Shown piece by piece: positions 34,863 through 43,074 of a DNA stretch of 43,074 nucleotides. How positions within the stretch are numbered: position 1 is the stretch's first letter; every line of letters starts with the position of its first letter. Under the pieces are notes generated by a model that did no database searches, was not told the origin of the DNA, and saw only the letters and a program-made list of their open reading frames with translations. The DNA is from Bacteroidota bacterium (GTDB taxonomy: Bacteria > Bacteroidota > Bacteroidia > Cytophagales > Cyclobacteriaceae), in NCBI GenBank assembly GCA_039191945.1, contig JBCCXG010000001.1, positions 1 to 43,074 on the forward strand. Direction: 5' to 3'. The translations under genes and the position numbers were made by a program.

Positions 34863-37703
34863 ACCGTCGGGATAGACGTTGTAGCGTTTTTTGAACTGAT
34901 TGGAGAAGTAGGTGGCGTTGGATATGCCGATAAGTCTCGCTGCCTCAGAAATACTGTTGACCTTCTTCTTTGACAGCAAGTTGTAAGCATATTCGTACCG
35001 CAGGCTCTTGATATATTCCAGGGGGGTCTTCCCTGTCAGGGTTTTGATCATGCGATAGCAACTGCGCTCGGCCATGCAAAGCTCGCTGGCAATCATGGCG
35101 ACTGACAACTTTGGATCGTCAATGTGATCGTGCACCAGATGATGCAACTTGGTCAATAGATCCTTTTCGATTTGCGTCTTGTGCTTATGGTTGAGATCGT
35201 CGAAAGCATTCCAATTGTCTCGGTATTTCAAAATATTGGCAACGCGCTGCGAGAGCTCCTTAGGATTAAAGGGCTTAGTGAGAAAGTCCAGAGCGCCGTC
35301 ATCGAGGACCTTGAGCTTATCCGATTCTGAGGTTCGGGCAGATACGATGAGGATCGGGATGCCTTTGTATTTTTCCTTATTCAGTTCCTCCATGAGCTGA
35401 AAGCCATCCATCCAAGGCATCATGATGTCTGAGATCACCAAATCGTAAAAACCTGTATCGATTTTTTCCAGCGCTTCTCGGCCATTCTCTGCGTCATCAA
35501 TCGCATAGTCGGAGCCCAGTATTTCTCTGATATAGTCACGTATCTCCTGGTTGTCATCGACCAGCAGGATGTTGGCCCGCTTGGAGTCTACTTTGATCGT
35601 ATCCGTCTGCTTTTTAGAGGCAGGTTTGGGGACTTCATAAAAACTGCCCTCGATCTGGAATCCACTGCCTGATGCGTCCTTGTCCAGATTGAAAGGAAGG
35701 GAGACAAAAAAGCAAGTACCCTGCTTACTGAGACTGTCTGCCACGATGCTACCCCCATGGAGTAGTGTGATCTCCTTTGCCAGCTCTAGACCGATGCCCA
35801 TCCCCTTCACATTGCTCTTCACGGCACGTGTTTCCACCTGGTAGAACCGATCAAACAACTTGGGCAATTCATTGTGGGCAATGGCCGCTCCAGTATTATA
35901 AATGCCCAAGGTAAACCCATCGTTGGTCTTATGTGTCTGCAATATCACGAGGATAGTACCATCTTCAGGTGTGTAGTTTAGCGCGTTGTTGAGGATGTTG
36001 TAGATCACCCGCGAAAATTGATGCTCGTCCAAATGCACTACGACTTGATCACTGACATCACTCTTGTATTTCAAGGTTTTGCCTTCGGTCTCCGCCTTCG
36101 GCTGAAAGAGGTTGGCAATCTCTCGAATGAACTGCGCCAGATTTACCTTTTGATAATTCAGCTGTAGCTTCTGGTTTTCCAAAAGCACCAGATCATTCAT
36201 CTGATCATTGAGGTTGCGAATCACCGAGAGGTTTCGCGACAACATCTGAAAATCCGACTCGGACTTAGCACTCAAGTACGTATTTTCATCCGTTCGAATG
36301 CGGTCGAGATACCCTTCAATCAACATGAGCGGGGTCCTCAGGTCATGATTAACATTCTCATAGAACCTGTTTTTAGCTGCGTCCGCGGTCGCTAGTTTCT
36401 TGGCCTGTAACTCCAGCTCCTATTTTTGTGCGATGATCGTGCGTGTGCGCTCCCGTACCGTTTCATCCAGTGCGTGGTTGCGCCGCTTTACCCTCAAGAA
36501 GGCGATCCCATACTGTTCGGAGATATATAAGAATTGCACCAGTAGAAAAGCCGACAAACCCACAAAAAGCAACGATGTTGTCGTACCCACAGGAGCCACA
36601 AGATCCACCAGCCCGAGGAGGACCAATACAATAATCGCCACCAATTGAACGAAGCTTCGATTGCGGCGCCATCCAAGGAGCATGTGAGCAGAAAACCACA
36701 AAGCGCCCATCACGAAAAACACGTTGATCACATGGCGGTAAGGCACAAACCATCGGATTGGGACAAGCAGGAATAGCACCGCTAAACCCAAAAAGAAAAA
36801 GGAGAGGTAGCGTGTCCATCTACGGCGGAGCTGCAAAGGGTAGATGGCCTGTACATACATGCCTCCGATACCGAGGAGCAGCGAGAGGCTAGCAAAATAG
36901 ACCTTGGCCTGCAGGGATGCGGTCAAAAGCCCATTGGTTTTGAGATAATAGTAAATGAAATGATCGCCGAGTACCGTAATGCGTAAGAGCAGCGCAAAAC
37001 CGAAGAGGCCGGCAAACAAATAAGGTAGGACTTTTGAAGAGTTGGCAAAGAGGGTCAGGTGCAGCAACATCATCAAACCCAGACAGCCGATCCACAGCAA
37101 ATACATCGAAGACTTTGCCTGCATCCGGTAAAACAATTGCTCATACTCTCCGATGACCGGCGCATCGACGAGACCTGCCTTCCAAAAATCCCAGTTCACT
37201 ACGTGGATCACAATCTCGTAGCTATCGGCCTTGGGCAAAGGCGCGAGTTCTTCCAGTACAAGGTCATAGTAACTCGAATCACTAGTAAGTCCTTGGCTAT
37301 CAACCCTCTTACCATTAACCCAAACCTTGGAAGCACTGAATATTTTAGGGAGCAGCAAGCCAGGATTTTGCACGCCAGCTACCGAGATACGGCTCCGATA
37401 GGTACCCTGGCCATACAGCGCATAGCCTTGGTGGGTCCAGCACCCTGGGACCTGGATGATTTCGCTATCTCCAGCGGGTGTCCCGCCAAAATCTTGGGGG
37501 GACAATAACCTGTTTTCATAGAACTCCCAGCTCCCCTCAAGGGGGACCGGGCCAATGTATTGGGAAACCTCAAACTGCCCTCTGTCTCGCTGCGATGGTG
37601 GGTCATCACATGAACCCATGAAAATGATGACCGCCAGCAACGATAGTCTACATACAGCACCCAAGAAGGTAGGAGAACTACCATCCCGATGGAAAACAGT
37701 CAT
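34851..37703 (-). pseudogene. hybrid sensor histidine kinase (7TMR-DISMED2 + 7TM + HisKA + HATPase + REC + AraC HTH), interrupted by one in-frame TAG at 36420-36422
   Basis: ORFs 36420-37703 and 34851-36326 are in the same frame. The 31 uncovered codons after the TAG read ELELQAKKLATADAAKNRFYENVNHDLRTPL, which is the H-box. Confidence 0.8.
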
Positions 37704-38177
37704 ATATGAAAAAACTTACTTACGAGCCAGGCGATGCTTTTGCAATATAATAAGAATTTACTGCATTATTCAGGTGTCTCCTGATGGGGAATTGAGCGCT
37801 TGGAAAAGAATAGGTAAAACCCACGCAGGATCACTAAGGCCCATATTCTTCACTCAATCGGCAGACCTGATCATCCGGTTTGCAGGCAGTACTCCCCGGC
37901 AGTTCAGCATCCGTTTTGTACGGTTCAGGTGCGATTTTTGTCAACTTCAACAAAAAATAACCGATACGACCTAACAAATCGTCCGTTGATACGTCCTGTA
38001 TCTGGGTTTGAGTGAAGACTCAACCCAAAAATGGTTTGCCAACAAAGGAAAAAATGCAGTGGTAGTGAGGGGAAAATCACACCAGGTTGCCTCATACTCA
38101 AAACCCACTGCGACGGCTATGATTTTAACATCTCACTTTCTACGGCTGCATCATCACCGCCAACTACTATCAATCTC

Positions 38178-40586
38178 ATGCGAAAACATTTAATTCATCA
38201 ACCGCGGATGGCGAGGTCAGCCATCGCGTTGTTCCTATTTTTTGCCAGCCAGGTGGCATTTGGACAGGAGAAATATACCATCAGCGGTTACATCAAAGAT
38301 GCCGCAAATGGGGAAACCCTCATTGGAGCGACGGTCTACATCCCTGCGATCGGCGGAGGTGGAGTGACCAATGTGTACGGCTTTTACTCCATCACGTTAG
38401 CGCCAGGTACTTACAATGTCCAGTACCGATTCATCGGTTACGAGAGCGTGACCCGGACCGTGGAGCTGACGGAGGATACACGCATCGATCTGGAGCTATC
38501 CGATGCCCAACAGGAGCTCGAGGCGGTGGTAGTAAGCGCCCGGAGTCAGGACGCCAACGTCTCTGAAATCGAAATGTCCACCGCCGAGCTTGATATCAAA
38601 ACCATCGAAAAGATCCCCGCCTTTCTTGGCGAAGTGGATGTGGTACGCAGCCTTCAGCTCATACCTGGCGTCAGCACGGTCGGCGAGGGGGCCTCAGGCT
38701 TCAATGTAAGGGGAGGCGGCGTAGGCCAAAATCTGGTGCTACTAGATGAAGCACCGGTGTACAACTCTTCTCACCTGCTCGGCTTTTTCTCGGTTTTCAA
38801 TCCAGATGCCGTGAAGGATGTCAAACTCTACAAAGGTGGCATCCCCGCCCAATACGGTGGCCGTATCTCGTCCATTCTGGATATCCGGATGAAGGAAGGT
38901 AACGCGAAGAAGTTCGAAGTAAATGGTTGCATCGGATCGATTTTCAGCCGCCTCGCTGTCGAAGGGCCGATCGTAAAGGACAAGGCATCGTTTATCGTAG
39001 CTGGTCGTCGCTCTTACGCAGACATTCTGGCGCGCCCATTTTCGGATATTTTCGACGATGGCGCCGCGCTGAACTTCTATGACCTGACGCTTAAGACCAA
39101 CTATAATATCAACGAGAAAAACCGCGTCTACCTCTCTGGCTATCTGGGCAGGGACGTTTTCCGATTCGACGAGAGACAGGGATTCAGCTGGGGTAACCGG
39201 ACGGCGACCTTGCGCTGGAATCATCTGTTTTCTGACAAGCTCTTTGCCAACTTCACCTTGTTTTACAGCGACTATGACTACTCCTTGGCTTTCGGAGAAA
39301 ACGATCGGGACAAATTTGAGTGGGACTCAAGGATCCGCACATACAATGCGAAGACGGAGTTTACCTACTTCGCCAATACGCAAAACGAGTTGACCTTTGG
39401 CGGGGAAGCTCTGCTCTATCGCTTCAGACCTGCTGATGCGGTGGGAGTGAGCGACGGGGAGAGCACCGACATCAGTCTGGACGAGAAGAAAGCTCTGGAA
39501 ACAGCGCTGTACGTAGGCAATGAGCAGACGGTAAATGATCGGCTGACACTACAATATGGTTTACGCTTCTCCAACTACACCTACCTAGGGGACGGCACGA
39601 TTTACACCTTTGGTGATACCATTCCGGGGATCCGGAAACCATTAATAGGGACGGAGGAGACAGACAATTTTGAAGCCATTGAGACCTTCAACAACCTGGA
39701 ACCCAGATTCTCCTTCAAGTACCAGCTGTCCATCAACTCGTCCATCAAGGGTAGCTACAACTTCATGTCTCAGTACATTCACCTGATCTCGAATACCACG
39801 GCCAGCAACCCGCTCGATGTATGGACTTCAAGTTCTAACAATATCGATCCGCAGACCGGACAGCAGGTGGCGCTCGGATATTTTCGCAACTTCAAGGAGA
39901 ACCAGTGGGAGGCTTCGGTAGAGCTTTATTATCGATGGACCGAAAACCAAATTGACTACATCGACGGCGCGGATCTCTTGATCAATGAGCTGATTGAGGG
40001 TGACCTCCTCAGTGGAGATGGCAGGGCGTACGGTGCAGAGTTCTTTTTGAAAAAGAAAACAGGCCGGTGGAATGGCTGGGTGAGCTACACCCTGGGACGC
40101 ACCGAGCTGCAGGTCGAGGGCATCAATCGAGGGGAATGGTACCCCAACCGATTCGATCAGCTACACAATCTGAAGATCGCCGGCTTTTACGACATCAACG
40201 ATAGATGGTCCCTGTCCGGAAACTTCACTTACCTCAGTGGCACGCCGACCACATTCCCCAACAGCCGGTTTGAGGTGCAAGGCTACGTGATCCCTTACAT
40301 CGCGAATGAAGCACGAAATCAGGTCAGGATACCGGACTACCACCGCCTTGACTTTTCATTGACGCGAAATGGACGCAAGGTGAAGAAAAACGGCAAAGAA
40401 CGGAAGGTGGAAGATTCCTTCGTCTTCACCGTCTACAACATCTACGCACGGCGCAATCCATTCTCGATCTACTTCCGACAAGTAGATGACCGGATCATGG
40501 CTGGGACACCGGTAGAGACGCAGGCCCGACAGGTGTCGATCATTGGCACCTTCTTCCCTTCTATCACTTACAACTTCAAATTCTAA
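38178..40586 (+). CDS. TonB-dependent receptor with N-terminal carboxypeptidase-regulatory-like domain
   Basis: YTISGYIKDAANGETLIGATVYI CarbopepD_reg-like domain, a plug domain, a large barrel and the terminal residues YNFKF. Start is either ATG 38178 or ATG 38208 (signal peptide MARSAIALFLFFASQVAFG). Confidence 0.9.
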   Translation: MRKHLIHQPRMARSAIALFLFFASQVAFGQEKYTISGYIKDAANGETLIGATVYIPAIGGGGVTNVYGFYSITLAPGTYNVQYRFIGYESVTRTVELTEDTRIDLELSDAQQELEAVVVSARSQDANVSEIEMSTAELDIKTIEKIPAFLGEVDVVRSLQLIPGVSTVGEGASGFNVRGGGVGQNLVLLDEAPVYNSSHLLGFFSVFNPDAVKDVKLYKGGIPAQYGGRISSILDIRMKEGNAKKFEVNGCIGSIFSRLAVEGPIVKDKASFIVAGRRSYADILARPFSDIFDDGAALNFYDLTLKTNYNINEKNRVYLSGYLGRDVFRFDERQGFSWGNRTATLRWNHLFSDKLFANFTLFYSDYDYSLAFGENDRDKFEWDSRIRTYNAKTEFTYFANTQNELTFGGEALLYRFRPADAVGVSDGESTDISLDEKKALETALYVGNEQTVNDRLTLQYGLRFSNYTYLGDGTIYTFGDTIPGIRKPLIGTEETDNFEAIETFNNLEPRFSFKYQLSINSSIKGSYNFMSQYIHLISNTTASNPLDVWTSSSNNIDPQTGQQVALGYFRNFKENQWEASVELYYRWTENQIDYIDGADLLINELIEGDLLSGDGRAYGAEFFLKKKTGRWNGWVSYTLGRTELQVEGINRGEWYPNRFDQLHNLKIAGFYDINDRWSLSGNFTYLSGTPTTFPNSRFEVQGYVIPYIANEARNQVRIPDYHRLDFSLTRNGRKVKKNGKERKVEDSFVFTVYNIYARRNPFSIYFRQVDDRIMAGTPVETQARQVSIIGTFFPSITYNFKF

Positions 40587-40591
40587 TCCAC

Positions 40592-41524
40592 ATGAAAGTC
40601 TTTCGATATCTAATTCCTTTGACGATTTTCTTCGCAGCTTGCGACGACCAAATCACCGTCGAACTCGATGAGATTGAGAGCTTCGTATCCATAGACGCCT
40701 GGCTCACCAATCAGCCAGGACGGCAAGTGATTCGCGTACAGCAAACACAAGGGTACTTTGAGAATACCTTTTTGGAGTCCGTACAAGGGGCTCAGGTCAC
40801 GGTGACCGACGATGAAGGGACCATTTTCGAATTCCTGGAAAATGAAAACGGGGAGTACGCCTGGATTCCCCCCACGCCGACCGATTCTTTTGGTGAGATA
40901 GGGCGTGCCTATTTTCTGGAGGTGATCGTGGATGGCGTGACCTATTCAGCCGCTTCGGCGATGAACCGTGTCCCGGAAATTGATAGTGTAACCTTCCGCT
41001 TTGAGGAGGGCAATGCCTTCCTCGAGGACTCTTACTTCGGGGAATTTTGGTCCAGAGACCCATTGGGTGTCGGTGATACTTATTGGATCAAGGCTTACAA
41101 AAACGGAGTGTACCTCAATAAACCAGACGAGATCAACATCGCTTTTGACGCCGGGTTTAGCCAGGGAGGTGTTGTCGACGGGCTGATTTTCATCCAGCCG
41201 ATCCGTGACGGGGTGAATGAATTCGAAGAAAGTGAAGAAGACGATGGTATGATCCGGTCTCCGTACACGTTCGGCGACTCCCTGTCCGTAGAGTTACATA
41301 GTATCTCCAACGACGCGTTCTTCTTTATGCAGCAGGTGATTGATGAAACCAACCGGCCTGGAGGTTTTGGTGAGTTGTTTGCCAATCCCTTGTCCAACGT
41401 CTCGACTAATATCTCAGTGAGCGATCCGGATGTACCCGTCGTCGGGTTTTTCAACGTAGCGGCAGTCAATACGCTCGGCCGCACCTTAGTGGACGAAGAC
41501 GACGTGCGCATCGTGGAAGATTGA
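40592..41524 (+). CDS. DUF4249-like lipoprotein (usual partner of this receptor class)
   Basis: Lipobox IFFAAC. Located 5 nt after the receptor stop. Family assignment is from memory of the conserved TBDR/DUF4249 pairing. Confidence 0.65.
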   Translation: MKVFRYLIPLTIFFAACDDQITVELDEIESFVSIDAWLTNQPGRQVIRVQQTQGYFENTFLESVQGAQVTVTDDEGTIFEFLENENGEYAWIPPTPTDSFGEIGRAYFLEVIVDGVTYSAASAMNRVPEIDSVTFRFEEGNAFLEDSYFGEFWSRDPLGVGDTYWIKAYKNGVYLNKPDEINIAFDAGFSQGGVVDGLIFIQPIRDGVNEFEESEEDDGMIRSPYTFGDSLSVELHSISNDAFFFMQQVIDETNRPGGFGELFANPLSNVSTNISVSDPDVPVVGFFNVAAVNTLGRTLVDEDDVRIVED

Positions 41525-41531
41525 ACCATGG

Positions 41532-41566
41532 GGTCAGGGCTTGTGGGCCCTGACCATTTCCTTTTT
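41532..41566 (+). terminator. candidate terminator of the receptor operon, embedded in the 3' end of the convergent mnmD
   Basis: 9-bp stem GGTCAGGGC-TTGTGG-GCCCTGACC, followed by ATTTCCTTTTT. Confidence 0.4.
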
Positions 41567-42250
41567 GCCTAGGGCTCCCTGGAGCACTTCCACCTCAAAG
41601 CCGGCTGTCTTAAGGTCGCGCTTGAACTGGCCTTGGGCACAATAAGTCACCAGTACACCCCCACTCGCTAGCAAGTCAAAGCATCTCGACAAGTTGGGCA
41701 GATACCATACCTCTGCTTGCTTACTCGGCGCAAAAGCATCCATATAGACCACGTCAGCCGCAAGGTCCTCTTGGAAATCTTCCAGTCTTACCTTGTATTT
41801 GGTGAGATAAAAGTGGAGCCCAAAAGCAGATTCGTCACCCCACGGAGACTCGTGCATCTCGCGAAACACCGCTAACTGATCCTCATCTGCATAGTTGAGC
41901 TGTTGTACAAAATCGAATGGCACCGGATAGGGCTCGAGTGTATGGTAGCTCACCTCACTTTGATGGGATTTAGCATATTCCCAGGAAAGCAGCGCGTTGA
42001 GGCCCGTACCAAACCCGACCTCAAAGACCGTCAGTACCGCATGGGATGCACGCTGCGCTACAAAGTCCAACCCCCGCTCGATGAAGACGTGAACGGACTC
42101 ACTGCGGGCGCCTCGATAAGAATGATAGCTTTCATCCAGGTCCGTTCTTACCAATGTATGTGATCCATCTCTTGTCTCTTCCAACCGCAAGGGCAAGCCC
42201 TTGGGCATTTTCCCGTTTTCTTCACCGCTCATTTGCTGCATCCTTGTCAA
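41534..42250 (-). CDS. mnmD: tRNA (mnm5s2U34) methyltransferase MnmD (SAM-dependent, MnmC C-domain-like)
   Basis: TRDGSHTL N-terminus, EVGFGTGLN SAM motif and YMDAFAP motif. The start is ambiguous (42250, 42241 or 42208). Confidence 0.8.
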   Translation of the reverse strand: MTRMQQMSGEENGKMPKGLPLRLEETRDGSHTLVRTDLDESYHSYRGARSESVHVFIERGLDFVAQRASHAVLTVFEVGFGTGLNALLSWEYAKSHQSEVSYHTLEPYPVPFDFVQQLNYADEDQLAVFREMHESPWGDESAFGLHFYLTKYKVRLEDFQEDLAADVVYMDAFAPSKQAEVWYLPNLSRCFDLLASGGVLVTYCAQGQFKRDLKTAGFEVEVLQGALGKKEMVRAHKP

Positions 42251-42291
42251 TCCGTTCGTATCTTCCCATCAAGATTTCAACTAGCTAAGTT

Positions 42292-43011
42292 ATGGCATTC
42301 AACAGGTCACTCCCTCTCCGGGCCATTTTCCTCTCTCTGTTATTGGCCTGCTCGTCAGACGACGAAGGCGAGCCCATGGGACCTCGGGCCGTGCTGACCG
42401 CCGAAAGCGAATTTACCGATGGCAACGGCAACACTTACCAAACAGGTTTTGAACAGGTAAGTGGTAACAATCAGGACCCATTCGTCACCAAGCTGGACGC
42501 CGCAGGCAACGAAGTTTGGAAATTGACCTATGAATCCACGCCGGTGGATGGTAGGGGAGTGATGGTGTCGGTGGATGATCAGGAGATCCCCTGGGTGGTC
42601 TTTAGTGTGGACGGCGGGAGCAATGAAGACGATTACATCGATCGAAAGGAGACGGCCTCAGAGGCGTTTGATGATGCCTATATGAACAGCTACGGGCGCG
42701 GAGGTGGACCCAAAGTCACGGTCCTGGCTCAGTTGGATCCTGAAACGGGTCAAATAAAGCAAGGCACCTTTCTTACCGCGAGGCTGACCAACGGCAATAC
42801 TAACACCCTCAACGTGCTAGGTATCGGCTTTTTCGACCAGAATGTGGCCTTTGAAATCTCTTCAGCCGCATGGCCTCCCGGGCTAGGCAGTAGCTATGAG
42901 CGCTTCCCCGACATTACCGATGAAGATCGTATCGATGGGGCATTCAAAATCTACTACGAGATGGATCGCAACCTCAGTGAAATACGCGTGGCAGAAAGGC
43001 TGGCGGAATGA
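42292..43011 (+). CDS. hypothetical lipoprotein
   Basis: Lipobox LLLACS followed by an acidic linker. No recognised domain. Confidence 0.45.
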   Translation: MAFNRSLPLRAIFLSLLLACSSDDEGEPMGPRAVLTAESEFTDGNGNTYQTGFEQVSGNNQDPFVTKLDAAGNEVWKLTYESTPVDGRGVMVSVDDQEIPWVVFSVDGGSNEDDYIDRKETASEAFDDAYMNSYGRGGGPKVTVLAQLDPETGQIKQGTFLTARLTNGNTNTLNVLGIGFFDQNVAFEISSAAWPPGLGSSYERFPDITDEDRIDGAFKIYYEMDRNLSEIRVAERLAE

Positions 43012-43017
43012 TCGAGC

Positions 43018-43053
43018 AAGAGACAATTTCAGGGCATTCAGTCTCTTTTCGTT
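43018..43053 (+). terminator. weak candidate terminator
   Basis: AAGAGAC-16 nt-GTCTCTT followed by TTCGTT. The loop is long and the U-tract is poor. Confidence 0.25.
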
Positions 43054-43074
43054 AGGACCCAGTAATGGCTTCAA

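Noticed and set aside
37865-38110. Fragments resembling riboswitch cores upstream of the TonB-dependent receptor: ACCTGATC (TPP-like, 37865-37872) and CCCACTG (cobalamin B12-box-like, 38104-38110).
   Set aside because: The partner elements (CTGAGA for TPP; AGGGAA...GGTGAAAATCC for cobalamin) are absent or in the wrong order. These are isolated short matches expected by chance.
42883-43074. 63-aa minus-strand ORF running in from the window end.
   Set aside because: Most of it is antisense to the lipoprotein gene at 42292-43011. Only about 60 nt lie outside that gene, too little to judge.
1-43074. Scanned for CRISPR arrays, tandem or dispersed repeats, IS or transposase genes, integrases, tRNA or rRNA genes, toxin-antitoxin pairs and known defence-system genes.
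   Set aside because: None was recognisable by eye. The window is syntenic-looking housekeeping DNA. Absence of dispersed repeats cannot be proven without a computational self-alignment.

Overview
This 43 kb window looks like ordinary chromosomal core from a Bacteroidota genome, probably Cytophagia or Flavobacteriia-like. The phylum call rests on gene content (BshC and YpdA bacillithiol genes, a TonB-dependent receptor paired with a DUF4249-like lipoprotein, a 7TMR-DISM/AraC hybrid sensor kinase, a coaX-to-lptC-to-ppiD envelope block) and on TTTG/TAnnTTTG promoter-like boxes. It is densely packed with housekeeping genes: glnS (partial), cdd, a rhomboid protease, a polyprenyl synthase, ferritin, fumC, map, rsmI, coaX, lysC, ribH, pdhA, recF, rimO, bshC, ypdA and mnmD. 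I found no rRNA or tRNA genes, CRISPR arrays, transposases, integrases, phage genes or recognisable defence genes. No convincing new multi-gene system is visible. Six things deserve a second look. (1) A 950-codon hybrid sensor kinase is interrupted by a single in-frame TAG, and the His phosphoacceptor box sits in the stretch that neither ORF covers. (2) An ion-transporter gene is split by a +1 frameshift at a T5 run. (3) A perfect 19+3+19 bp palindrome lies between an orphan LuxR-type response regulator and an unannotatable Cys/Lys-rich micro-ORF plus a 120-aa orphan ORF, in a lower-GC islet between ferritin and fumC. (4) Two copies of a TTTAGAAT-N-ATTCTAAA-type palindrome bracket that regulator's predicted promoter. 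(5) A radical SAM/SPASM gene overlaps a HExxH membrane-protein gene, and no precursor peptide is evident. (6) Two long non-coding leaders precede transporter or receptor genes. All family assignments come from motif recognition by eye. None has been checked against a database.
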